The notes beneath the pieces are model-generated. The model worked only from the letters and a program-made list of their open reading frames with translations. It ran no database searches and was not told where the DNA came from. A stretch of 61,883 nt of DNA, taken from assembly GCA_003645645.1 (NCBI GenBank), contig QNBH01000001.1, positions 1-61,883 of the forward strand, in the 5' to 3' direction. Both the position numbers and the translations under genes were made by a program. Shown here one piece after another: positions 54,063 to 61,883 of the stretch. The stretch comes from Spirochaetota bacterium. Its GTDB lineage: Bacteria; Spirochaetota; Spirochaetia; SPDA01; B32-G16. Position 1 is the stretch's first letter; the number at the start of each line of letters is the position of its first letter.

Positions 54063-55658
54063 TTATCCCAGAGCCCTTATTCCCTGGTAAAGCGATTCTC
54101 CGGTCAGGTTCCTTAACTGAATCGCCTCGGCAGGGCACTCCGCTGCACAGCTCCCACAGCCCTGACAGACTGTGCGTAAAACCTTGGCTACCCGGCTTTC
54201 GCTGTCTGTAGTCATGGCTTTAAAGGGGCATACTCTGACACAGGTCAGACAGTAAACGCACTTATCTTCGTCCACAACGGGAATATGCTCATTAACCGCT
54301 ATACCTGCGGTTGAGAGTCTAGCTCTGACTGAGAAGAGAAGAGAAGCTATGCTATTGTCACCGGTGGGGTAAGCAACAAAAACTCCCGGCCGGTTTGTTT
54401 CGTTTGGAAGCCTCCACAGTGAATCGGGCTGGGGGTACCTGTCACTTATTGTAAGCAGTTCCAATGCCTCGGCAAAATTCTTTGACCGGGGAGAAAGTAT
54501 AGACCTTCCGGGGATAACCAGAATATCGGGTTCCTTAATTAAGAACTTATCTCCTGTGTAGAGATCGGTACCTTCGATCTCAAAATCTCCATAGTTGTTT
54601 TTGAGAGTTAGATCTTCTAAGTATTTGAAAAAGATAATTCCCTGCTCACGGCATTCATCGTATAGCTCCTGTGCTCCGGAAACACTGACCTTTGCATTTT
54701 TCATAAGGATCCTTACTTCCGATGCAAACCTTCTCTTTATATATTTTCCGGCCAGGAGCACATCCTTAAAAACCTCTGGTGATGTATCCGCAGCATAATC
54801 GAGGAGAAAAACCACCTCTCCCTTTAACGGTTCTCCGCAAACAATTTTTCCATAGAGATCGGTAAGGTTTAAGGCACCGGTTTCACGGCTCTGTTCCTCC
54901 TCTCTTTCGGGAGCGATAACCACCGTACCGAACTTTCTCTTCTCTCCGCTTTTAAAAGTAAAAACAAAACCATCTTCCACGGTTTCAAAGCTTAAAAATG
55001 CATCGGAAGGTAAGAACCGGACATTCTTAAATCCGGCAACTCTATTTCTCTCGCTTTTTCTCCTCTCATCGGCGGAAACAACCGAAGAAAGCCCCCTCTG
55101 ATCGGGTCTGCCAAAGTGTTGTGAGAAAAGTCCGGGAGAAAGGAACTGTTCCCCTGTCTCAAGCACCTCTACAGAAATATCTTCTTCCGCAAGTGCCCTT
55201 GCGGTGCGCAGAGCGGTAATGCCATCACCGTAGACAAGTATCCCCTCTGCCGGCTTGATTCTCTCCTCTTCATAGGGCTCTGCGTGGTAGAGCAGCGTAC
55301 CCATCGATAATATCTTACAGACCAGAAGTTCTTCGAGATTTACCTTATCCGGGTAGAGATCGTAGAGATCTGCCTTTACATCAAAGCTCCTAAACTCACC
55401 ATTTTTAAGCCCTAATCTCTCCTTTATTTTGCTGTAGATGCCCCTTTCTTCCAGAAGAGAACAACCTCCAAACAGGATCTTTCTGCCTTTGTAAGCATCC
55501 AGAAACTCCACTCCCGAATCACAGGCCTTATTAACCAGAAGAAAATCCTCGATCACTTCGCTTTTCTTAAGATTCGTCTTAAGCTCGTCGTACTTTATTT
55601 TGCTTCCGTTCCTGCAACCATGATCGCAAAGTACTGCTACAATTTTCTTATCGTTCAT
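54063..55658 (-). CDS. HdrA-related NAD(P)/FAD-binding-like protein with a C-terminal 2x[4Fe-4S] ferredoxin domain
   Basis: The N-terminus IVAVLCDHGCRNG parallels the IGVFVCHCGINIGG of HdrA N-domains. A GxGxxA site is present (VYGDGITALRTA). The C-terminus has CVYCLTCVRVCPF and CQGCGSCAAECPA. It lacks the QCVGSR...VCC signature. Confidence 0.55.
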   Translation of the reverse strand: MNDKKIVAVLCDHGCRNGSKIKYDELKTNLKKSEVIEDFLLVNKACDSGVEFLDAYKGRKILFGGCSLLEERGIYSKIKERLGLKNGEFRSFDVKADLYDLYPDKVNLEELLVCKILSMGTLLYHAEPYEEERIKPAEGILVYGDGITALRTARALAEEDISVEVLETGEQFLSPGLFSQHFGRPDQRGLSSVVSADERRKSERNRVAGFKNVRFLPSDAFLSFETVEDGFVFTFKSGEKRKFGTVVIAPEREEEQSRETGALNLTDLYGKIVCGEPLKGEVVFLLDYAADTSPEVFKDVLLAGKYIKRRFASEVRILMKNAKVSVSGAQELYDECREQGIIFFKYLEDLTLKNNYGDFEIEGTDLYTGDKFLIKEPDILVIPGRSILSPRSKNFAEALELLTISDRYPQPDSLWRLPNETNRPGVFVAYPTGDNSIASLLFSVRARLSTAGIAVNEHIPVVDEDKCVYCLTCVRVCPFKAMTTDSESRVAKVLRTVCQGCGSCAAECPAEAIQLRNLTGESLYQGIRALG

Positions 55659-56863
55659 TTTACCTGCACTCTCTCTTCCAGATAAGATAGAACTTCTCCG
55701 GTTACGCCGGTAGCATCCTCAATACAATCCTCTATTCTCATGGGTTGCTTACAAGCTCCGGTAACGAATACTCCTCCCATTCCGTTCATTGCATATAAGA
55801 AGCCGCTTTTATCGAGTGAAAGTCCTGTCATTTTTGCCAGCGCTTCGTTTTTATCTCCAGGGGCAATCCCGTTTGAAAGCACAACAAGGTCGTAAGCCTC
55901 TTCTTTATCTTTTTGCTCGGTAATGGATTCGTATCTAACAACGGGCCTATCAGCTCTGTCAACAGAAAAGGTAATGGGGTTGCTGTTGATAAAATTGACT
56001 TTCCTCGAAACATCGCCGAAAAATGACTCAAAATCCTTACCGAAGTGCTGAATGTCCATGTAGTAAAAATCGATTTCGGTATGGGGAAACTCATCTTTAA
56101 GTCTTCCTGCCATTTGCAAGGCATAAGCACAACAGACACGGGAACAGTATTCTCCTCCTTCTGTTACGTTGCGGGAACCTACACACTGGAGAAAGGCTAT
56201 CCTTTTACAATCCGATTTTTTTACGACTCCCGGCAAGTAATTCTCGGTGTAAAAAAGTTCTTCCAGATCGCTTCCCGTTATTATGCGGGGACTCTCTCCG
56301 TAACTCCATTTCCGATTCACAGAAGGATCGAAGGGCTTGAATCCGCTTGCTATGACAAGACAGTCTGCATGGATGCTTTCCCTCATGCTCTCCCTTTTCA
56401 GGGCGATGGCTCCCTCAGGACATACATCGACACATTTCCCGCAGTCGTTACACCCGGAATCGACATAGTATTTCCATCCGGGAGCAATTTTTACGGCGTT
56501 TTCAGGGCAGGCCTCGATGCATTTCCCACACTCTGTACAGAGACGCCAGTCTATAATATTGGGGTGAGTCTCGATCTCAAGCAATATCCCTTCTCCATTA
56601 CTACGAGAAAATCCAGTAAGCTCGGAGGAGAATTGAGACTTTATGTTATGGGTTCTCCTGAAATTCATGACGGCTTCCCTGATAAGACATACCCCGCAGT
56701 GAACGCACGAATCCGAGGCTTTACATCCGTAAAAAAGAGCCCGTCCACCGGGGTAGGGGTTTCTCTCCACGAGTGTAACCTCTATCCCCGCGTTTACCAG
56801 GTTATTGGCAACTGTCAGACCACTTATTCCTGCTCCTATTATACAAACACTGTTACTGCTCAA
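55655..56863 (-). CDS. HdrA-like flavoprotein core with an inserted ferredoxin domain
   Basis: VCIIGAGISGLTVAN, CTECGKCIEACPENA and CNDCGKCVDVCPEGA, and the HdrA signature FLQCVGSRNVTEGGEYCSRVCCAYA. The start is TTG with GAGAGG upstream. Confidence 0.8.
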   Translation of the reverse strand: MSSNSVCIIGAGISGLTVANNLVNAGIEVTLVERNPYPGGRALFYGCKASDSCVHCGVCLIREAVMNFRRTHNIKSQFSSELTGFSRSNGEGILLEIETHPNIIDWRLCTECGKCIEACPENAVKIAPGWKYYVDSGCNDCGKCVDVCPEGAIALKRESMRESIHADCLVIASGFKPFDPSVNRKWSYGESPRIITGSDLEELFYTENYLPGVVKKSDCKRIAFLQCVGSRNVTEGGEYCSRVCCAYALQMAGRLKDEFPHTEIDFYYMDIQHFGKDFESFFGDVSRKVNFINSNPITFSVDRADRPVVRYESITEQKDKEEAYDLVVLSNGIAPGDKNEALAKMTGLSLDKSGFLYAMNGMGGVFVTGACKQPMRIEDCIEDATGVTGEVLSYLEERVQVK

Positions 56864-57075
56864 GGCTTATACCTCTCATGTTTTCACAAATTAATATTAA
56901 CAGTTTAGTGATTGGAAATATTGTATTCTTTAATTATTTTTTGTATTTATTTAATTTTTTTTCAAATTTCGAGGGAAATTTTTATGATTAGCTAGATAAT
57001 AAGCAATTATATTTTGCTTTTCCTGACTATCTATGTAATTCTTTCCCTGAGCCCGATTGGGTCCAAGCGCCGCCC

Positions 57076-57909
57076 TCAGGTGGGAGATAAAACATAGTCT
57101 AACAGAGGCTCAATATAGAGATCGTTAACACTAACACGGGGTTCTCCCAGCTTTCTTCCTGCAAATCCTCCATGAGAGTCCGAACCTGCCGTAGCAATAA
57201 GACCATTTCTATTACAGATCCCCAGGAAATAGCGGGTTTGATCTTCCGCATGGTAGGGAGAGTAACATTCAAGCCCGTCTATCCCCAAATCCAGCATCTT
57301 CTCTACAAGGTTCTCGACTCTGTCCTGCTTGAGACTGTTCCCCGGATGAGCCCAAACAGCCTTCCCTCCTGCTCTGTGTATGGCCTCTACTGTACAGGTT
57401 GTACTTTCGAAAGAAGGATATTCCAATGCAAGTGGGCCTGTAAGAAGGCGTTCGAAAAAATCTTTAACGTTCCTGCAAAGCCCCTTGTCAATAACAAAAT
57501 TTACCGCTTTCCAGCCGCCCCTTGATGGTTCATGCCGATAATCACTGTACTCCTCCCAGTCCAGGGGGAACCCTGCAGAGATAAGTTTCCTTATGGCATG
57601 ATCGTTTACTCCTGCAAGCTTCTTTCTGTTTCTTTCCATCATTCTCAGAAGCACTGGATCTGTAAGGTCGATGCCGTAAGCCAGAACATGATGTATGCCT
57701 CCGTCCAGGGATGTGGTTATCTCAACTGCGCGTATAAAAAGCAAACCCTCTTTAAGAGCAATTCTTTCTGTTTCAGAAACCGCGGAAACGGTATCGTGAT
57801 CTGCCACTGCGAAAAGCCCAATACCTGCTCGTTTTACCTTTTCTACGATCTGTTCAGGATACCAGCATCCGTCGGAAGCTTGCGAGTGAATGTGTAAATC
57901 TACCAGCAT
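57076..57909 (-). CDS. PHP-domain phosphoesterase
   Basis: MLVDLHIHSQASDG...VADHDT...WAHPG...AGSDSHG are the canonical PHP His/Asp motifs. Confidence 0.85.
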   Translation of the reverse strand: MLVDLHIHSQASDGCWYPEQIVEKVKRAGIGLFAVADHDTVSAVSETERIALKEGLLFIRAVEITTSLDGGIHHVLAYGIDLTDPVLLRMMERNRKKLAGVNDHAIRKLISAGFPLDWEEYSDYRHEPSRGGWKAVNFVIDKGLCRNVKDFFERLLTGPLALEYPSFESTTCTVEAIHRAGGKAVWAHPGNSLKQDRVENLVEKMLDLGIDGLECYSPYHAEDQTRYFLGICNRNGLIATAGSDSHGGFAGRKLGEPRVSVNDLYIEPLLDYVLSPT

Positions 57910-58056
57910 AAACTGCTCCTCTTAGATCCCCAATAATACCACAATGATTGTGCTTATTTAAGATAGATGCTCGTTTGGCAAACCCCTACACCGACCATTT
58001 AACAAAAAACTTCATAAAAAACCAAGAAAACAATGACATTTTGAAAAATATTTAGT

Positions 58057-59835
58057 ATGTTAAAGGGTATGAATAAAAAGAAAAAAATATTATTGGTTTA
58101 TCCGGAAACTCCGGTTACATACTGGAGTTACAAGTATGTTTTCAGGTTTACCAGAGAAAAGGCAACCACCCCTCCTCTGGGTCTTCTCACAGTAGCAGCA
58201 ATGTTGCCGGAGGAGGAGTTTGAAGTAAAGCTCGTGGATATGAATATATCCAATCTCTCCGACAGGATGATAGAGTGGGCTGATATGGTGTTTCTCTCTG
58301 CTATGCTCGTTCAGAAAGACTCTTTTTCTGCAGTTGCAAAACGCTGTAAGCAACTGGGAACATCTGTAGTTGCAGGAGGCCCCTACGCCAGCTCCTTCTA
58401 TACGGAGATAGAAAATGTTGATCACTTCGTGCTCGATGAGGCCGAAATAACTCTTCCGCTGTTTCTCGAAGATTATAAAAGAGGAAAGGTAAAACATATC
58501 TACAAAGCTGATGGGGAAAAGCCGGATATAAAAACCTCTCCTCTGCCCCGTTTCGACCTTCTTAACATGAAAAGATACAACAGTATGGCGATCCAATTCT
58601 CCAGGGGATGCCCCTACGACTGTGAGTTCTGTGATATAATCGAAATGTTCGGAAGAAGAATGCGTACCAAATCGGAAGAGCAGATAATCAGGGAGATGGA
58701 AGAGCTATATTCACTGGGATGGCGAGGCCCAATTTTCTTCGTGGATGATAACTTCATCGGTCACAGAAGAAGAACAAAGAAGCTCTTAAGAAGAGTCCTT
58801 AAGTGGCAGAGAGAAAAGAAGTATCCCTTCAGCTTATTCACAGAAGCCTCTGTAGACCTTGCCGACGATGAAGAGCTTCTGGAGCTTTTCAGACAGTGCG
58901 GGTTTACTATGGTCTTTGTGGGCATAGAAACGCCTTCCGAAGAATCTCTTCTGAATGCAGGAAAAAAGCAGAACCTGAAAAACGATCTATTGGAGAGTAT
59001 ATCAAAGATTCAGAGCAAGGGCATTGAGGTTACTGCAGGCTTTATAGTGGGCTTCGACAGCGATACTCCGGATATCTTCCAGCGGCAAATCGACTTTATT
59101 AAGGAATCATCCATACCGGTTGCAATGGTGGGGTTGCTGACAGCCCTGCCCAATACAAGACTATACAGACGCCTGCAACAAGAAGGTAGAATCCTTTCCG
59201 GCTCTACCGGAAACAATACCCACGAACTTACTCTTACTTTTAAACCAATTATGCCCATGCATGTAATAATTGACGGATACAAACATATAATTTCCCATAT
59301 CTATTCTCCCAGAGTCTATTTCAACCGCTGCCTGACTCTCTTTAAAAAGATAAATTTCATTAAACGGGTAACCAGCATGAATATAGAAATAAATCAACTG
59401 GTTTCTTTATTAAAATCTCTCTTTATACAGACCTTTTCCTGGTATGGCCATCATTATCTTGCCTATGTTTTAAAAACTATATTTACCAGTATAAGAGCAT
59501 TCCCCGATGCGATACGCCTTGCAGTGGTGGGACACCACTTTTTCAAAATTACAAGAGAAATTATTGCTGTGGACGATTTTAAAACAAGAACTTTTAAGCT
59601 CATAAGTGCATACAGTAAGAGAATGTCCGATGCTTACGAATCCATCAACCTGGGCAAAAATCTTGAACAACTTTATAAAATAAAAAATAACTTTATTAAG
59701 AGTATGCAAAAGAAATACTATAAGATAGACGAAGACTTCCGGCACCTGGTTGATGAACATCTTGAATCTTTACAAAGACATCTAAACAGAGGCTATTCCC
59801 GTTTACTAAACTTACACACAAAGCAGTATGGATAA
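58057..59835 (+). CDS. B12-binding-domain radical SAM protein (DUF4070-type C-terminus)
   Basis: An N-terminal cobalamin-binding-like Rossmann region (KILLVYPE...VFLSAM). The radical SAM motif is SRGCPYDCEFCDI (CxxxCxxC). The C-terminal domain is long and helical. An alternative start is ATG 58069. Confidence 0.85.
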   Translation: MLKGMNKKKKILLVYPETPVTYWSYKYVFRFTREKATTPPLGLLTVAAMLPEEEFEVKLVDMNISNLSDRMIEWADMVFLSAMLVQKDSFSAVAKRCKQLGTSVVAGGPYASSFYTEIENVDHFVLDEAEITLPLFLEDYKRGKVKHIYKADGEKPDIKTSPLPRFDLLNMKRYNSMAIQFSRGCPYDCEFCDIIEMFGRRMRTKSEEQIIREMEELYSLGWRGPIFFVDDNFIGHRRRTKKLLRRVLKWQREKKYPFSLFTEASVDLADDEELLELFRQCGFTMVFVGIETPSEESLLNAGKKQNLKNDLLESISKIQSKGIEVTAGFIVGFDSDTPDIFQRQIDFIKESSIPVAMVGLLTALPNTRLYRRLQQEGRILSGSTGNNTHELTLTFKPIMPMHVIIDGYKHIISHIYSPRVYFNRCLTLFKKINFIKRVTSMNIEINQLVSLLKSLFIQTFSWYGHHYLAYVLKTIFTSIRAFPDAIRLAVVGHHFFKITREIIAVDDFKTRTFKLISAYSKRMSDAYESINLGKNLEQLYKIKNNFIKSMQKKYYKIDEDFRHLVDEHLESLQRHLNRGYSRLLNLHTKQYG

Positions 59836-60190
59836 GAGAAACTTCATCCGAACCCTGTTCAGAACACAGGGAGAGTTGATTACAAACAATAAGATAATTC
59901 CGTTCAACCTTATAAATGTATCCTTAAAGGGTGCATTAATACAGACTCCTGAAAATGAGAAAATATCTCTTAACCAGGAACTCGATTTAACTATATATCT
60001 CGAGAATACGGATATAGCCATAACTACCCGGGCGACTCTCGTTCGCAGAGAGGGGGATAAAATAGGGTTGCGCTTCAAAGAGATAGATGTGGACAGCCTT
60101 ACCCATCTGAGGAGACTGCTTGAGCTTAACACCGCCATGCCGGAGCGTATAGAAGAAGAGCTCTGGTTTTTAAAAGAAGATTGCCCATGA
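59828..60190 (+). CDS. PilZ-domain protein (c-di-GMP receptor type)
   Basis: RNFIR (RxxxR) and NVSLKGAL (D/NxSxxG) with canonical spacing; 120 aa. The start overlaps the radical SAM gene by 8 nt. Confidence 0.75.
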   Translation: MDKRNFIRTLFRTQGELITNNKIIPFNLINVSLKGALIQTPENEKISLNQELDLTIYLENTDIAITTRATLVRREGDKIGLRFKEIDVDSLTHLRRLLELNTAMPERIEEELWFLKEDCP

Positions 60191-60446
60191 TTGCTAATTA
60201 ATTGCTCGAGCAGTTTAACCGTACCTGGGAGATGCATAGAAGAGACGGTTACCAATTTTTAACCCGAGCACTGTAGTGAAAGCGGAAGCGAATATCTCCT
60301 TCCGTTCAGAACAGCCTGCCATATTCTGGAGACCCCTGCATCACCACGGCGAGATGAACTTTATCCTCTTTCAACCGGGATATAAAAGGGTAAACTGGAA
60401 GTAATCGCCAGGATAAGGAAACTTCTATCTACTCTAAAACAGATAT

Positions 60447-60494
60447 ATTTTCCATTTTAGATCATGCTATTCTTGAATAATTTTCCATTTTAGA
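60447..60494 (+). repeat. Two perfect 15-nt direct repeats (ATTTTCCATTTTAGA), 33 bp apart, upstream of the AAA ATPase gene
   Basis: The copies lie at 60447-60461 and 60480-60494. A partial inverted copy, CTCTAAAA, lies at 60432-60439. Confidence 0.6.
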
Positions 60495-60522
60495 GTACTT
60501 TCAAACGTGTGAGACCGTTTAG

Positions 60523-61812
60523 ATGTATAAACAGAGAAAATTACTAAAAAAATTGATCGAACTTAAAGATAACGACAAAATTATTATCATCGTTGGGCCA
60601 AGACAGTCAGGTAAAACAACTCTTCTTAAACTATTAAAGAATCAATTGGAGAAATCGGGTTACAGAACTCAGATGCTCGACCTGGACATTTTCTCAAATT
60701 ATGAAAAAATAGCCACATATGAGAATATTGTGAATTATCTTAAATTGAATGGGTACAGGGAAGAGGGTAAGGAGAAATATATTCTATTACTGGATGAATT
60801 TCAAAGATATCAGGATATTACCAGGGTGCTGAAAAATCTTCACGATCATCATAGAAATATAAAAATTTATGCAACGGGCTCATCCTCATTAACAGTAAAA
60901 AACTCTATTCAGGAATCCCTTTCAGGGAGAAAACTTATATATAAATTATATCCTCTCGATTTTGAAGAGTTCTTAAATTTCAAAGAAGATTATGAACTTC
61001 TCAATATATTAACAAAAGTAGATAGCCTTGAAGGAAAAAATCTAAGCGCTATAATAAGCCCCTTACTCTCTTCTCTTGAAGAGTTTATTATATTCGGAGG
61101 ATACCCTGAAGTTGTATTGACAGAAGGGAGAGAAAATAAAAGAGAAATTCTTAGAAGCATATTCGATTTATACGTAAAAAAAGAACTAGTTGAGTATTTA
61201 AACCTTCAGAAAATTTATCCTGCAAAAACTCTTATTGAGTATCTTGCAATCAATAACGGACAGAAGATCAACTACGATAATATTGCTTCTGTTTCAGGAA
61301 TCTCGCATAAAACAGTAAAAAACTATATAGGCATACTTGAAGAGACATTTCTTATTAAAAAACTCCCTCCGTTTTTTACAAATAAGAAATTGGAAATTGT
61401 AAAATCGCCTAAAATATATTTTATCGATCCGGGAGTAGTGAATTATTTTATAAGAAATTTTGAAGCGTTGAAATTAAGAAAAGACGCTGGTTTTCTCTTT
61501 GAAACATATATTCTATCTGAAATCCTGAAGATGGGAATCGAACCCGATAGTTTAAAACATTGGGAGGATAAAAACAAAAGGGAAGTCGACATTATTATCG
61601 ATCATCCGAAATATCTGGAAGCCATAGAAATTAAATTTAAATCATCAATAAAGGCCGATGATTTTCGTGGTATTAATGCGTTCTCAAGAATGTACAATGA
61701 AAAATACAAACTCTCTTTATTTTTGATCAACACGGTAATGCAATATCAAAAAACTGGTATATCCGTAAGATTGCCTTTTAATCTGGAATTCCTTCGAGTC
61801 CACTCAAAGTGA
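60523..61812 (+). CDS. AAA+ ATPase with a DUF4143-type C-terminus (AAA_14 family)
   Basis: P-loop GPRQSGKTTLLK, Walker B LLLDEFQ, and the C-terminal EVDIIID...IEIK typical of the DUF4143 restriction-endonuclease-like fold. By eye it is much more AT-rich than its neighbours. Confidence 0.8.
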   Translation: MYKQRKLLKKLIELKDNDKIIIIVGPRQSGKTTLLKLLKNQLEKSGYRTQMLDLDIFSNYEKIATYENIVNYLKLNGYREEGKEKYILLLDEFQRYQDITRVLKNLHDHHRNIKIYATGSSSLTVKNSIQESLSGRKLIYKLYPLDFEEFLNFKEDYELLNILTKVDSLEGKNLSAIISPLLSSLEEFIIFGGYPEVVLTEGRENKREILRSIFDLYVKKELVEYLNLQKIYPAKTLIEYLAINNGQKINYDNIASVSGISHKTVKNYIGILEETFLIKKLPPFFTNKKLEIVKSPKIYFIDPGVVNYFIRNFEALKLRKDAGFLFETYILSEILKMGIEPDSLKHWEDKNKREVDIIIDHPKYLEAIEIKFKSSIKADDFRGINAFSRMYNEKYKLSLFLINTVMQYQKTGISVRLPFNLEFLRVHSK

Positions 61813-61883
61813 TTTTTTATTTAAAACATCAATTTTAATCCATTTTCTTCATACTGTTTTATCTTTAAGTCACTTGTAACTAA

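Noticed and set aside
46386-56908. Plus-strand ORFs of 100-313 aa (for example 46386..47066, 52144..53085, 56045..56908, and many in 47117-51509) lie opposite the Hdr/Met/Mvh genes.
   Set aside because: All are antisense to genes with strong family signatures, and they show no motifs or start-site context. Long open antisense frames are expected here.
57001-57019. The inverted repeat AAGCAA-N7-TTGCTT upstream of the hdrA-like operon could be an operator.
   Set aside because: A palindrome with 6-bp arms in very AT-rich spacer DNA is expected by chance. No second copy or cognate regulator is seen in the window.
59812-60255. A 147-aa minus-strand ORF overlaps the PilZ gene.
   Set aside because: It is antisense to a gene with intact PilZ motifs, is serine/leucine-rich with no motifs, and is a likely shadow ORF.
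60447-60494. The direct repeats could be a CRISPR array or a mini-array.
   Set aside because: There are only two copies of a 15-nt AT-rich unit with an 18-nt spacer and no cas genes, so this is not CRISPR-like.
1-61883. I looked for sigma-54 (-24/-12, TGGCAC-N5-TTGC) promoters in the intergenic regions, given rpoN and an enhancer-binding protein in the window.
   Set aside because: There was no convincing match. The closest are TGGCAGGATCAGCGC at about 31769 and TGGCAGGCTTTCGGC at about 30499, and both lack the GC dinucleotide spacing and the TTGC element. A matrix scan is needed before any call.

Overview
This 61.9 kb window comes from an anaerobic diderm bacterium. LptC/LptA/LptB are present, but the lineage cannot be assigned from sequence alone. 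It is mostly intact chromosomal core with tightly packed genes. From left to right it holds: (1) a PBP1-type ABC transporter operon carrying two UroD/MT2-family methyltransferase-like paralogs; (2) an ALDH3-type aldehyde dehydrogenase divergent from an FGGY kinase plus a sphingosine-1-phosphate-lyase-like PLP enzyme; (3) a 12 kb co-directional block: pyrG-lptCAB-rpoN-hpf-hprK-ptsH-DUF4390-NtrY/NtrX-like two-component system-lexA-holA, with uvrC convergent; (4) a LamG/FN3 lipoprotein, a TPR protein with a P/Q-rich tail, an HDOD protein and an MBL-fold protein; (5) a roughly 6 kb molybdenum-cofactor and Mo-oxidoreductase block that is visibly decaying through nonsense codons, frameshifts and deletions; (6) tRNA-Ala(CGC) directly abutting an 860-aa orphan ORF with a degenerate GGDEF-like end; (7) a 13.3 kb minus-strand locus joining an Mvh-type [NiFe] hydrogenase, a 1482-aa HdrA-NfnB-like-HdrA fusion, a further HdrA-like core, two MvhD, an HdrC-like protein and MetF/MetV, with no HdrB; (8) a PHP protein, a B12-radical-SAM gene coupled to a PilZ gene, and an AT-rich AAA ATPase. 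The two strongest leads are the hydrogenase-Hdr-MetFV locus and a roughly 185-nt highly structured element. The element occurs twice (1600-1783 and 8044-8231), with compensatory base-pair changes between the copies. No CRISPR array, rRNA, transposase or integrase was seen.
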